This document shows positions 33,457 through 44,073 of a stretch of DNA of 53,599 nucleotides, in pieces. The position numbers were made by a program, and so were the translations under genes. How positions within the stretch are numbered: the stretch's first letter is position 1; every line of letters begins with the position of its first letter. The notes under the pieces were generated by a model. The model was not told the origin of the DNA, made no database searches, and worked only from the letters and a program-made list of their open reading frames with translations. The DNA comes from Bacillales bacterium UBA3835. GTDB lineage: Bacteria > Bacillota_I > Bacilli_A > RFN20 > CAG-826. The stretch covers positions 1 to 53,599 of the forward strand of contig DGHZ01000010.1 in NCBI GenBank assembly GCA_002392945.1. Direction: 5' to 3'.

Positions 33457-35542
33457 TAGCTTTTAACTCCAAACTTAAAGAACGTTTTTTGGAAAACTTA
33501 ATAGGAATAAGAGTTGCTATACAAATTAAAATTCCAACAGAAATTGTGATTAATAACGGATATAAAAATGGAATTTTATGAAATGATAAATATGGAATTG
33601 AAATAATGTTACTAACGCTTATGTACTTATGAATAATGTTATTGATTATCAATGATAATGGGTAAGATAAGATTAAAGATATAGCTAAAGAAATGAATCC
33701 TGAATACATGTTTTCATTCACATATATGTTTTCAATATCCCCGTTTTTAGCGCCTAAAGATGTAAGGATGGCGCTAATCTTCCGGTCTTCAGAATAATTT
33801 GTAAAAGAAATAATGGTGATAATTAATAAAGTTCCGATAGCTCCAATTGCTAAAAACAAAAACAAGGCATACTCAGCTGCATTCATAAACCCAATCAAAG
33901 AATTAGCAACGACTAATGACGTTGAATTAAATGTATAATCATCAAAAATGGAATTATCAAAAAGTTGATTTCGATCCCGATAATCTTTTAAAAACAATTG
34001 ATAGGAATAAGAAGAAATAATGGAATAATCTTCAGCATCCATTACTCTATCATACCATGTAATCTTACTGTCATAGTAGGTTGATAGATTAAGAAGAACA
34101 TATTCTTGTAAATAGCTTTCAAGCGCTAAATAAGAATAATAAATTTTAGGGGAATTCAAATAGTCTAATTCATTTACCACTCCAACAATTAAACAATCAG
34201 TTTCAAATTCAAAATAGTCTGTTATCTCTTCTCCATATTCATTTACATAAATCGATTCAAATTTATGATATAAATGTAAGTATTCACCTAGTGCTTCATA
34301 GCCAAGCAAAGAACTGATTTGGTTATAACATTTTAAATTAACAATTACTTCATGAAGACTATCATTAAAAGGCATATCTCCCATAGCAAGTAAAGACTTA
34401 TCAAAATATTCTTCTTGATAACTATAAACTGGGGTATAAAATAATCCTTCAAATATTAAGTCACTAATCGAAATTTTAATATTTTGTGGCAAAATTGCCG
34501 AAAAGTTTGGGCAAATATTAAATAATTTAATTATTTTATCATTGCTTCTTAACTCGGTAATATTAGGCCGTACTGATTTGGTTAATTTAATAAAACCTGT
34601 ATCAGAAACAATCTCATCTTTACTGAGCGTTCCATATCCAAAATCTAACTGTTGATAAGTTGCGTTTTTAATAGCAGAATCTTTCCCATTTATAAATCCA
34701 AACACTAAATTCGTGATGATCATTGAAATAGATAAAGAGGCGACTACAAACAAATTTCTTTTAATTCTCTTTCTATAATTTTTAAAACTAAATTTACTAA
34801 TCCAATTGTATCGTCCTTTATATTCTTCCTTTGGTAGAGTTGATTCTTCTTCAATCTTTATATTTGCATAATCATTAATGATTCTTCCATCAGATAATTC
34901 GATTATTCTATTACAATATCTTTTAACAAGTTGTAGGTTGTGTGACACCATTATCACTAATCTTGATTTGCTAATCGAGGACAATAGTTTCATTACTCTT
35001 TTCGAATTAATAGAATCAAGAGCGCCTGTAGGCTCATCACATAGTAATATTTTAGGATTTCTTATTAAGGCGCGAGCAATTGCAACTCTTTGAGACTCTC
35101 CTCCAGAAAGTTTATTAACATTTGCGTTATATAATTCCTCTGATATACCAACATACTTTAGTAAAGTAGTTGCTTTAGCAACTGCTTTATTCTTTTTCAT
35201 TCCGCTTATTAATAAAGGTAAAGAAACATTTTCTATAACAGTTCTATCTGGAATCAAATTATATTGCTGAGAAACTAATCCAATCTCGTCTCTATAAAAT
35301 AAATAATCTTTATTCTTTTTAGATGTATATTTTTTCTTATTTAAATAAATCTCACCTTTTGAAGGAGTGTCAAATCTAGAGATCATATTTAAAAGTGTAG
35401 TTTTACCACTTCCACTTTTTCCAATGATCGAAACAAATCCAGTATTATCAAAAGACAAGTTAATATTGTTTAACGCTGTAAAAGACTTCTCTTTAGTGAT
35501 TGGAAAATATTTGCATAATCCTTTTATAATTAGAGTCTTCAA
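33449..35542 (-). CDS. MacB-type fused ABC transporter: N-terminal ATPase plus FtsX-family permease with ~270-aa extracytoplasmic domain
   Basis: ORF track 697 aa. TTG start with GGAGGG 7 nt upstream. Walker A GKSGSGKT, signature LSGGESQR, Walker B ILLCDEPT, and the FtsX-like ISAILTSLGAKNGDI. 8-nt overlap with the downstream paralogue. Confidence 0.85.
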   Translation of the reverse strand: MKTLIIKGLCKYFPITKEKSFTALNNINLSFDNTGFVSIIGKSGSGKTTLLNMISRFDTPSKGEIYLNKKKYTSKKNKDYLFYRDEIGLVSQQYNLIPDRTVIENVSLPLLISGMKKNKAVAKATTLLKYVGISEELYNANVNKLSGGESQRVAIARALIRNPKILLCDEPTGALDSINSKRVMKLLSSISKSRLVIMVSHNLQLVKRYCNRIIELSDGRIINDYANIKIEEESTLPKEEYKGRYNWISKFSFKNYRKRIKRNLFVVASLSISMIITNLVFGFINGKDSAIKNATYQQLDFGYGTLSKDEIVSDTGFIKLTKSVRPNITELRSNDKIIKLFNICPNFSAILPQNIKISISDLIFEGLFYTPVYSYQEEYFDKSLLAMGDMPFNDSLHEVIVNLKCYNQISSLLGYEALGEYLHLYHKFESIYVNEYGEEITDYFEFETDCLIVGVVNELDYLNSPKIYYSYLALESYLQEYVLLNLSTYYDSKITWYDRVMDAEDYSIISSYSYQLFLKDYRDRNQLFDNSIFDDYTFNSTSLVVANSLIGFMNAAEYALFLFLAIGAIGTLLIITIISFTNYSEDRKISAILTSLGAKNGDIENIYVNENMYSGFISLAISLILSYPLSLIINNIIHKYISVSNIISIPYLSFHKIPFLYPLLITISVGILICIATLIPIKFSKKRSLSLELKAND

Positions 35543-35617
35543 ATTAAAGCCCTCCTATATATTAAAGAGTGCAAAAAAATGAAAACTTGCGAAAAAAAGT
35601 TTTAAAAAATTAAAAGC

Positions 35618-35651
35618 AAAATAAATGACCTGCTCTGCAGGTCACTTTTTT
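35618..35651. terminator. Intrinsic terminator of fhs (bidirectional shape)
   Basis: Hairpin TGACCTGC-TCT-GCAGGTCA flanked by AAAATAAA and CTTTTTT. Confidence 0.7.
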
Positions 35652-35654
35652 AAA

Positions 35655-37259
35655 TTATTCGTCTTCCATCTTCACTGCTGCAGGAACCTTAGGCAGACCT
35701 GGCATAGTCATGATTGACCCAGTCAAAGCAACTACAAATCCCGCGCCAGCAGATAAACGAACTTCTCTAATAGTGATATCAAAATCGTCAGGAGCATTTA
35801 AGATTTTAGCGTTATCCGTAAATGAAAGCGGAGTCTTAGCAATACAAACAGGCAAATTTCTATAACCTTGTGCTTCAAACTCTGCAATTTGTTTAAGCGC
35901 TTCTTCAGAATAAATAACGTCCTTAGCTCTATAAATCTCTTTACATATAGAGTTAATCTTATCTTGTAATGAATTATTTAATTCATACAAAGGATGATAA
36001 TAACTTTCTTTTGTTGCTAAGGTTTCTAATACTTTATTAGCAAGATCAACAGCACCCATTCCCCCTCTAGAGAATGCATCACAGAACGCAACTTCATAGT
36101 GATTATCAGAACAGAATTTTATAAGTTCTTCTGTTTCCCTTTCAGTATCGCTAGAGAAGTGATTAACACAAATAACAGTTGGAACATCGTATTTAGCAAT
36201 GTTTTCCATGTGACGTTTTAAATTAGCAAAGCCAATTCTAAGTGCTTCGATGTTCTCATTATCTAATTCTTCAAATTTTACTCCACCATGAAGTTTAAGA
36301 GCTCTAATTGTGGCAACCATAACCACCGCATCAGGTTTAATATTAGCAACACGACATTTAATATCTAAGAATTTCTCAGCGCCTAAATCAGCACCGAAGC
36401 CTGCTTCAGTAACTACGATTGGGGCAAGTTTTAACGCTAACTTAGTAGCGATGATTGAGTTACATCCATGAGCAATATTTGCAAATGGTCCTCCATGTAT
36501 AATACATGGATTGCCTTCTAATGTTTGTACTAAATTAGGATTGAAAGCGTTTTTCATTAGCTTATAAATCGCATTAGAAATTCTTAAAGCCTCTAATTTG
36601 ACTGGTTTACCATCTAAATCATACGCCACAACTATTTGTTTAATACGGTTAATAAAATCTTGCTCATCACGTGATAAACAAAGAATAGCCATCATTTCGC
36701 TAGCAACGGTAATAACAAATTCATCGTGTCTAGGAGCGCTTTTTTTCTCATCTTGATTAACAGTTACGCTTCTTAAAGCACGATCATTCATATCTAAGGC
36801 TCTTTTCCATAAGATTCTAGAAGGATCAATTCTTAATTCATTGCCTTGGAAGATATGATTATCAATAACAGCGGAAATTAAGTTAATGGAACTCGTTAAA
36901 GCGTGCATGTCTCCAGTAAAATGAAGATTAATGTCTTCAGAAGGAACGACACTAGCAAGTCCTCCACCAGTCGCCCCACCTTTTAAACCAAATACAGGGC
37001 CAAGAGATGGCTCTCTTAAACAAAGTAAAGAATTAACACCAATCTTATGTAATCCATCTGTTAAAGCAATTGAAGTTGTAGTTTTTCCTTCTCCGGCTTT
37101 AGTAGGAGTAATCGCAGTAACTAACACTAACTTACCATTAGATTTGTCTTTTAATTCCTCATTAATTTTTAAATCGATTTTTGCTTTGTCTAAGCCATAT
37201 GGAATAACATAATCTTTTTTAATTCCAGCTTCGCTTGCAACATCATAAATATTTCTCAT
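35655..37259 (-). CDS. fhs: Formate--tetrahydrofolate ligase
   Basis: ORF track 534 aa. Motifs TPTKAGEGKTTTSI, PSLGPVFGLKGGA(T)GGG and VTEAGFGADLGAEKF. Confidence 0.95.
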   Translation of the reverse strand: MRNIYDVASEAGIKKDYVIPYGLDKAKIDLKINEELKDKSNGKLVLVTAITPTKAGEGKTTTSIALTDGLHKIGVNSLLCLREPSLGPVFGLKGGATGGGLASVVPSEDINLHFTGDMHALTSSINLISAVIDNHIFQGNELRIDPSRILWKRALDMNDRALRSVTVNQDEKKSAPRHDEFVITVASEMMAILCLSRDEQDFINRIKQIVVAYDLDGKPVKLEALRISNAIYKLMKNAFNPNLVQTLEGNPCIIHGGPFANIAHGCNSIIATKLALKLAPIVVTEAGFGADLGAEKFLDIKCRVANIKPDAVVMVATIRALKLHGGVKFEELDNENIEALRIGFANLKRHMENIAKYDVPTVICVNHFSSDTERETEELIKFCSDNHYEVAFCDAFSRGGMGAVDLANKVLETLATKESYYHPLYELNNSLQDKINSICKEIYRAKDVIYSEEALKQIAEFEAQGYRNLPVCIAKTPLSFTDNAKILNAPDDFDITIREVRLSAGAGFVVALTGSIMTMPGLPKVPAAVKMEDE

Positions 37260-37261
37260 AA

Positions 37262-38173
37262 TTAAACCCCCAGTCCTTGCTTTGCTTCTATAATATTTTT
37301 ATAAGTATCTGACTCAAATTGATTCTTGAAAAATGTCACTTGTCTTTTTGCATAATTTCGTGTTCTTTTTTGAATTAACTCGACACAACTCGCGTAATTT
37401 ATTTTATTTTCAAGGAAATCGATGACTTCTTTATATCCGATTCCTTGTCTTGCTGTAAGCGATAAATTGTAATTATCTAGCAAATATTTTACTTCATCAA
37501 CTAGACCATTTTCCATCATTGATAACACTCTTTTATCAATCTTTTGATATAGTTCATCTCTATCAGGTGAAATGTAGATAAATTTAACGTTTTTATATAT
37601 TGGCTTATGTGATTGCTCATTAAGTATTTCGGTTTTCTTTTTACTAGAATGTTTAATAAGAGATATCGCTCTTAATAGTCGCTTTCTGTTATTAACATGG
37701 ATCTTCTTGCTTTCCTCAAAATCTAACTCTTCTAATAGCTTATGTAATTCTTCGTTACTAAGTTCTAACAAATCATCATCAACTGAAACTTCTTCTTTTG
37801 CGAAGTTATAATCGAATAAGGCTGCTCTGACGTATAAGCCAGTGCCACCGACAAGAACAACGTCTTTATATTTTTCTAGTAGTGAAGCTAATTCTTTTCG
37901 ACATAATTCTTGATATTCCATAACCGAGAAAGTTTCTGCTGGCGATTTAATATCTAGCAAATGATATTTTTTATAATGCGGATCGCTCTTTTCTAATTTA
38001 GCTGTACCAATATTCATATCCTTATAGATTTGAAAAGCATCAAAATTAATCGCCTCACAATTAAGTTTATCTATAAGATAATTAGCGAGTTCAGTCTTTC
38101 CAGAACAAGTAGGACCCATTACTACGTAAATCATTGACATTATTATAAATAAAAAAGAAGTGAATTCAATCAC
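37262..38173 (-). CDS. miaA: tRNA dimethylallyltransferase
   Basis: ORF track 303 aa. The GTG start overlaps the upstream stop as GTGA; alternative ATG starts at MSMIYVV are possible. P-loop GPTCSGKT, DSMQIYK-like FQIYKDMNIGTAK and GGTGLY. Confidence 0.9.
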   Translation of the reverse strand: MIEFTSFLFIIMSMIYVVMGPTCSGKTELANYLIDKLNCEAINFDAFQIYKDMNIGTAKLEKSDPHYKKYHLLDIKSPAETFSVMEYQELCRKELASLLEKYKDVVLVGGTGLYVRAALFDYNFAKEEVSVDDDLLELSNEELHKLLEELDFEESKKIHVNNRKRLLRAISLIKHSSKKKTEILNEQSHKPIYKNVKFIYISPDRDELYQKIDKRVLSMMENGLVDEVKYLLDNYNLSLTARQGIGYKEVIDFLENKINYASCVELIQKRTRNYAKRQVTFFKNQFESDTYKNIIEAKQGLGV

Positions 38174-38451
38174 TTCTTGTTTACTATTTTACTAATTTCA
38201 GATAGATATTCGTTAACTTCTTCTTTAAGAGTGTTGTAATTAACCACCAATGGATGAGAATTATATTTAGCTAATAACTCTTTATGAAGCTCATCTTCGT
38301 GATGTGCTTTTGCTAAAGCAATGTCTCTTTTTAAAGCGTTAATCTCTTCGTTAGATTCAACTAAAATCTTGATTCTAAAATATTCAACTATAAGTGGCTC
38401 TTTAAAAATCTCTTCTTTTAGTTCTTTAGCAAGTTCAATAGCATCATTCAT
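38170..38451 (-). CDS. ymcA: YlbF/YmcA family regulatory protein
   Basis: ORF track 93 aa, helical. It lies directly downstream of miaB (ymcB), as ymcA does in B. subtilis. Call rests on length and the coiled pattern; family recognised by context plus weak sequence memory. Confidence 0.65.
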   Translation of the reverse strand: MNDAIELAKELKEEIFKEPLIVEYFRIKILVESNEEINALKRDIALAKAHHEDELHKELLAKYNSHPLVVNYNTLKEEVNEYLSEISKIVNKK

Positions 38452-39883
38452 CCACTATTTCTCCAATCAAAGAATAGGTATGACTTTCAATAATCTTCAC
38501 TTTGATAATCTTACCCATTAAAGATTCATCGCCTTTAAAGTGGACTAATTTATTAGATTCTGTATATCCTGAAAGCATATTCTTATCAGTTTTGCTAACT
38601 CCATCCACTAAGACTTTATAAACTCCACCAATATAGGAATTTGAATCCTTTTCAATATTAACCTCCAAATGCTTAACAAGTTCTTTGAATCTTCTACTCT
38701 TTTCAGCGTAGGTAACATTGTCATTAATTTTAGCAGCAGGGGTACCACGTCTAGGGGAATAAATAAAGGTAAATGCTGACTCATATTTTACTTCATCAAC
38801 CAAAGTAAGAGTCTCGTTAAATTGTTCTTCTGTTTCATTAGGGAAACCAACAATAATATCGGTCGATAAAGATAAACCCTTAATCTTGCTTCTCATCTCT
38901 TTAACTAAATTAAGGTAATGCTCTCTAGTATAACGTCTACCCATAAGGCGTAAAACTTCACTACTTCCAGACTGAACAGGAAGATGGATACACTTCATGA
39001 TATTATCGTATTTCGCAATAATTTCTATCATTTTGCTGGAGAAATCCCACGGATGAGATGTTGTAAACCTAATTCTAGGGATGCCCATTTTAGCGGCTTC
39101 TTCAAGTACATCAGCAAAGTCATGTCCTTCATTTAAATCTTTGCCATATGCATTAACATTTTGGCCAAGGAAAGTGATCTCTTGATATCCTTGTTTTTTA
39201 AGATCTCTAACTTCGTCCATGATATCATTAAAATGTCTACTTCTTTCTTTGCCTCTGGTATATGGAACAATGCAGTAAGTACAGAACTTATTACATCCAT
39301 AAATAATATTCACATATGCTTTAAATTCGTTATTTCGAGAAACATTTTTATTTTCGATAACTTCGCCTTGTTTTGACTTAATCGCTATTAACCTAATATC
39401 GTTATGATATACTTCATAAATTAAATCTAATAATTGGTCAATTTCATGAGTGCCAAAATATAGATTAACTTCAGGGAATTTGCTTATTAAAATATCTAAT
39501 ATTTCTGGTTGTTCCACCATACATCCACAAATACCAAGAACAAGCTTTTTGTTGATTTTACGATATTTCTTTAAATTACCGATATCGCCATAAACTTTAT
39601 CTTCAGCATTTTCTCTAACCGCACAGGTGTTAATAATAATAACATCTGCTTCGCTAGGATCACTTGTTTGAATGAAATTAGATGATTCAAGCATCCCTTT
39701 CATTGTTTCTTCATCACGAATATTAGCCTGGCAACCAAATGTATGAATATAATATTTCTTTCCTTTACCTAATTCTTTCATCTCTTTGAGATGAGTAGGA
39801 GAATATAATGAAAACTCAGTCTCAGATTTAACTCTCGACTTGGCATCATTTAAATTTGGGTAATTAATAATTTTCGTTTTCAT
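38444..39883 (-). CDS. miaB: tRNA (i6A37) methylthiotransferase, radical SAM
   Basis: ORF track 479 aa. N-terminal UPF0004 Cys triad (GCQANIRD...NTCAVRE...GCM), radical-SAM CNKFCTYC and a C-terminal TRAM domain. Confidence 0.93.
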   Translation of the reverse strand: MKTKIINYPNLNDAKSRVKSETEFSLYSPTHLKEMKELGKGKKYYIHTFGCQANIRDEETMKGMLESSNFIQTSDPSEADVIIINTCAVRENAEDKVYGDIGNLKKYRKINKKLVLGICGCMVEQPEILDILISKFPEVNLYFGTHEIDQLLDLIYEVYHNDIRLIAIKSKQGEVIENKNVSRNNEFKAYVNIIYGCNKFCTYCIVPYTRGKERSRHFNDIMDEVRDLKKQGYQEITFLGQNVNAYGKDLNEGHDFADVLEEAAKMGIPRIRFTTSHPWDFSSKMIEIIAKYDNIMKCIHLPVQSGSSEVLRLMGRRYTREHYLNLVKEMRSKIKGLSLSTDIIVGFPNETEEQFNETLTLVDEVKYESAFTFIYSPRRGTPAAKINDNVTYAEKSRRFKELVKHLEVNIEKDSNSYIGGVYKVLVDGVSKTDKNMLSGYTESNKLVHFKGDESLMGKIIKVKIIESHTYSLIGEIVDE

Positions 39884-39884
39884 T

Positions 39885-40670
39885 TTATTTTTCTTCTAAA
39901 TAATAAATTGGAAATATTTCTTTACACTTTCCTGTTGATTCATCAACATCAAGTACAACTGCAGATAATAAGCCTCTACCTTCGCTTGGTAAGTCAAATC
40001 TAGATTGTTCTCCATAAATAATTTTATTAACCACGGTTTCTTTAGAAAACCCTAATGCTCCATCAGCGAAACCTGTCATACCTACATCAGAGATATAGGC
40101 AGTTCCACCTTCTAAAATTTTATAATCTTTTGTTTGAACATGGGTGTGTGTGCCTAAAACCGCAGAAACTTTACCGTCTAAAGCATACGCTAAGCAAAGT
40201 TTTTCTCCAGTTGCCTCAGCGTGGAAGTCAACGATATGAATATCCGTTTTCTCCTCATTATTAATGAGTTCAATTAACGAATAATAAGGATTATTTACTT
40301 CTTCATTCATAAATACTGAACCAAGAACATTAGTGACCCTAATACTGACTCCATTAAGCTCATAAACAATACTACCTTCTCCCGGATAAGGATGTAGTAA
40401 ATTAAGCGGCCTAATTAAGCAATCAGTAGAATCGATATATTTACGTAGATCATTCTTGCTATCATAGTGATTACCTAAGGTAATCGCATCAATGCCGTTA
40501 TCAATTAATTCTAAATAATGATGTCTTAATAAGCCTTTACCATGAGTCACATTTTCTCCGTTAGCAATAACGAAATCAATGTGATATTTATCCACAAATG
40601 TTTGTAAATGATCTTTAATGACACGTCGGCCAATTTTGCCGACGATGTCACCAATAAATAAAATTTTCAA
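39885..40670 (-). CDS. ymdB: YmdB-type metallophosphoesterase (2',3'-cyclic-nucleotide phosphodiesterase, TIGR00282 family)
   Basis: ORF track 261 aa. Motifs MKILFIGDIVG, ANGEN(V)THGKG, DFHAEATGEK and GTHTHVQT. Downstream of rny as in B. subtilis. Confidence 0.9.
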   Translation of the reverse strand: MKILFIGDIVGKIGRRVIKDHLQTFVDKYHIDFVIANGENVTHGKGLLRHHYLELIDNGIDAITLGNHYDSKNDLRKYIDSTDCLIRPLNLLHPYPGEGSIVYELNGVSIRVTNVLGSVFMNEEVNNPYYSLIELINNEEKTDIHIVDFHAEATGEKLCLAYALDGKVSAVLGTHTHVQTKDYKILEGGTAYISDVGMTGFADGALGFSKETVVNKIIYGEQSRFDLPSEGRGLLSAVVLDVDESTGKCKEIFPIYYLEEK

Positions 40671-40691
40671 ATTAACTCTTTCTAGAAGTAA

Positions 40692-42263
40692 TTACTTCGC
40701 AGTTTCAATCGCACGATATTCTCTAATGACGGAAACTTTAATTTGTCCAGGATAAGTCATTTCGTTTTCGATACGTTCTTTAATTTCTCTTGCGAGTTTA
40801 AAAGCACCAATATCATCAATCTTATCAGGGATAACCATAACTCTTAGTTCTCTACCGGATTGCATCGCGTATGATTGATAAACTCCATCATATGATTTAC
40901 AAATCTCTTCGAGTTTTTCAATTCTTTGAATATAGTTTTCAAGCATTTCACTTCTAGCACCTGGTCTAGCCGCACTTAAAGTATCAGCAGCTTGAACTAA
41001 GTGAGAAATAACATATTTAGCAGGAACGTCTCCATGGTGAGATTCAATGGCGTTAATAACAACATCACCTTCACCATATTTCTTTGCGAGTCTAGAACCA
41101 ACTTCAACATGGCTACCATCAGTTTCATAGTCGATAGCTTTACCGATATCGTGAAGTAAACCAGCACGCTTAGCAAGATTTTGATCTAAACCAAGTTCTG
41201 CGGCCATTGACCCTGCTAAATAAGCAACTTCAATAGAGTGCTCTAAGGCGTTTTGTCCATATGATGTACGGTATTTTAATCGACCAACATAATCTAAGAG
41301 TTCTTTATTAATTCTTGGTAAGCCAAGTTTAAAGGCCACATCTTGACCGGTCTTATGAATATTTTCTTCGACTTCTTGTTTACATTTTTCAACAATTTCT
41401 TCAATTCTTCCTGGTTGAATTCTACCGTCTTTAATTAACATCTCTAAAGACATTCTAGCGATTTCTCTTCTAACAGGGTTAAAACAAGAAACGGTAATAA
41501 CTTCAGGAGTGTCATCAATAATTAAATCAACACCTAAAAGAGTTTCTAAGGTACGAATATTACGACCTTCTCTACCAATGATTCTTCCTTTCATTTCATC
41601 GTTAGGAAGAGCAACGACAGAGACAGTCTTTTCAATGGTGGTTTCTTGAGCGTATTTAGACATTGCTTGAGCAAGCATTTCTTGGGCTTTAGCAACCACT
41701 TGATCTTTGGCTTCTTCTTCTTTGTTTTTAATGTAAGAGGCGATTTCTCTAGAAACCTTAGATTCCACTCTTTTAAAGAGTTCATCTTTAGCTTCTTGAG
41801 TTGACATTTGAGCAACCTTTTCAAGTTCGACAATGATAGAATCAATCTTCTCTTGCAAGGTGGCTTCTTTCTTATCAACATCTTTTAATCGACGATTAAG
41901 AGTTTCGTTCTTTTCATCAAGAGTATTTTCTTTTTGAATAAGAGCAGCGTCTCTTCTATCGATATTTTGTTCACGTTGGAATAATTGTTTTTCTTGAGCG
42001 GATAATTCCAACTTTCTTTCTTTAATTTCTTTGTCCGCTTCAATTTTCATTTCATTAACTACTTGCTTACCGTCTAATTGAGCGTTTTTTACAATATGTT
42101 CTGCTTTAATTTCAGCTTCACGAACAATTTTGCCTGCTTTATTTTGATCTCTTTTGTTCTTGAAAAAGGGAACAAAATAAATGACCGCCATACCGACAAG
42201 TAAACCTGCAAAGACACAGATAATTGGTAAACCAATTTCCATGAATCCACTTAAAATGTGCAT
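40692..42263 (-). CDS. rny: Ribonuclease Y
   Basis: ORF track 523 aa. N-terminal TM anchor, coiled-coil, KH domain ([24 protein letters not shown]) and HD domain (LLHDIGKA). Closely parallels the remembered B. subtilis Rny sequence. Confidence 0.96.
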   Translation of the reverse strand: MHILSGFMEIGLPIICVFAGLLVGMAVIYFVPFFKNKRDQNKAGKIVREAEIKAEHIVKNAQLDGKQVVNEMKIEADKEIKERKLELSAQEKQLFQREQNIDRRDAALIQKENTLDEKNETLNRRLKDVDKKEATLQEKIDSIIVELEKVAQMSTQEAKDELFKRVESKVSREIASYIKNKEEEAKDQVVAKAQEMLAQAMSKYAQETTIEKTVSVVALPNDEMKGRIIGREGRNIRTLETLLGVDLIIDDTPEVITVSCFNPVRREIARMSLEMLIKDGRIQPGRIEEIVEKCKQEVEENIHKTGQDVAFKLGLPRINKELLDYVGRLKYRTSYGQNALEHSIEVAYLAGSMAAELGLDQNLAKRAGLLHDIGKAIDYETDGSHVEVGSRLAKKYGEGDVVINAIESHHGDVPAKYVISHLVQAADTLSAARPGARSEMLENYIQRIEKLEEICKSYDGVYQSYAMQSGRELRVMVIPDKIDDIGAFKLAREIKERIENEMTYPGQIKVSVIREYRAIETAK

Positions 42264-42474
42264 GGGATAAATCCTTTCTAATATAAATATATAGTCAAAA
42301 GACTATTTACCTAAATCAACTTAAAATATTGCTATAAGTATGACTTTTATTATGTAACAGGGTAAACCCTGATAAATCTTTTCTCAATAGAGAATCTATA
42401 GGTAAGTACCTTCCGCAGGTACGAAACCATTATAAAGGAAATATCTATTTATAGGAAAGAATAATTTTTAAAAA

Positions 42475-44073
42475 TTATAATAACGGGGTAATTATTTTTA
42501 TTAATCCACAGAAGGATCTGGAAAATATGCCAAGTTTAAAATCAATTGACACTAAGGCGCTTTGGTTAATCATCTCTTGGAAATCTTTACTAATATCTTT
42601 TATACATGGAGTCTTATATAACAAGGTGCCGCATTCAAAGTGATGAACTAAACTTCTAAAGTCTAAATTAATGGTCCCCACAAACCCTAATTCATCATCC
42701 GCTAAAGCGGTTTTCATATGGTTAAATCCTGGTGTATATGTATAAATATGGACTCCAGCATTTAATAAAACTCTAAAATTCGATTTTGCAACTTTATACA
42801 CTAATTTCTTATCAGGAATTCCTGGAACAATTAAATGAACATCCACTCCACGTAACGCAGCGTTTCTTAATGCATTCATTAATCCAAATGTAGGAATTAA
42901 ATATGGAGTAGAAATAAATACTTTTTTTGCTGCGTAGTTAATAATGTTAATGTAATTTTGTTCTCCAATTAGATGGTCGTTAGTATAAAATCCAGGACCA
43001 TCACCAAACGGCATAACAAAGCCTTTGTCTTCGAATTCAGGATATTCAAAATCTAAATAAGGTGATAAAGGAACTATATCCTTGCTAGCAATACTATAGT
43101 TTTCGATAAATGTGGTAATTAAATCAGAAATAGCAGTTCCTTCAATTTTCACCATTGTATCCTTCCAATGACCAAATCTAGTAATGATATTAGCGTATTC
43201 ATCTGCGAGGTTATTACCACCGGTAAACGCCATTTGATGATCGATAACAACAATCTTACGGTGGTCACGGTTATTATAAACGCCAGATAGAATCGGTCTT
43301 AATGGATGGAATTTATAACATTTAATGCCGTACTTTCTTAATCTTTTTGGAGTGCGATAAGAAATTGTGCCATTACTTCCTAAATCATCATAAACAATTC
43401 TAATATCCACACCTTCTTGAGCTTTTTGAATAAGAATATCTTTCACTTCACTCCAGAGTTTTCCGTCTGTAATAATAAAGAATTCAATAAAAATGAATTT
43501 TTGAGCTTTCTTTAATCCCTCAATCAAGTCAGGGAAGAATTTATCTCCGATCGGATAATAAGTCACTCTATTATTTTTAAACGCACCCACTCTCGCGGTA
43601 TTTAATAAATAGGAAAAAGCGCCTCTAGCTCTACCTAATTCATCTTCAATCTTTGCGAACTCTATTTTGTTTCTTTGATAATACGGCTCTAATTCCTTTA
43701 AGAAACCTTTAATATATTTTGTTTCTTTTCTAGGCAATCCATGGTTTTTAAATATCAAAAAGAAAAACACAGTTACAAACGGAAAAACAAACAAGAACAC
43801 TAACCACGGTATTTTAAATTCTGGATCTTCATATTTATTGATAACTCTAAAAAAGATAATTACAGCAGCGACAAAAGAAATAATTCTAATCGCTGTAAAT
43901 ATCTGGTTAACAATAACTAAGGCTTGTGCATATTTTGGCGACTTCGATATAAGCGAAGAGAAAATATATGTATCAATACCTAGTTCAAAAAAGACGACTA
44001 TTAATATTTCAATTAATAAAAATACAATAGTGAATATAAATCCAGAAGAAAATAAACGTCTTAGTCTTTTCAT
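42475..44073 (-). CDS. cls: Cardiolipin synthase (PLD superfamily)
   Basis: ORF track 532 aa. N-terminal TM helices and two HKD motifs (HRKIVVID...GGNN and HMKTALADD...GTINLD). Confidence 0.9.
   Translation of the reverse strand: MKRLRRLFSSGFIFTIVFLLIEILIVVFFELGIDTYIFSSLISKSPKYAQALVIVNQIFTAIRIISFVAAVIIFFRVINKYEDPEFKIPWLVFLFVFPFVTVFFFLIFKNHGLPRKETKYIKGFLKELEPYYQRNKIEFAKIEDELGRARGAFSYLLNTARVGAFKNNRVTYYPIGDKFFPDLIEGLKKAQKFIFIEFFIITDGKLWSEVKDILIQKAQEGVDIRIVYDDLGSNGTISYRTPKRLRKYGIKCYKFHPLRPILSGVYNNRDHRKIVVIDHQMAFTGGNNLADEYANIITRFGHWKDTMVKIEGTAISDLITTFIENYSIASKDIVPLSPYLDFEYPEFEDKGFVMPFGDGPGFYTNDHLIGEQNYINIINYAAKKVFISTPYLIPTFGLMNALRNAALRGVDVHLIVPGIPDKKLVYKVAKSNFRVLLNAGVHIYTYTPGFNHMKTALADDELGFVGTINLDFRSLVHHFECGTLLYKTPCIKDISKDFQEMINQSALVSIDFKLGIFSRSFCGLIKIITPLL

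Noticed and set aside
42264-42474. 211-nt region upstream of rny with three short hairpins (GTACC..GGTAC, TTCTC..GAGAA, CAGGG..CCCTG)
   Set aside because: The stems are only 5 bp, lack T-runs and match no known leader motif. This is probably an ordinary 5' UTR or promoter region, and there is not enough evidence for a regulatory RNA.
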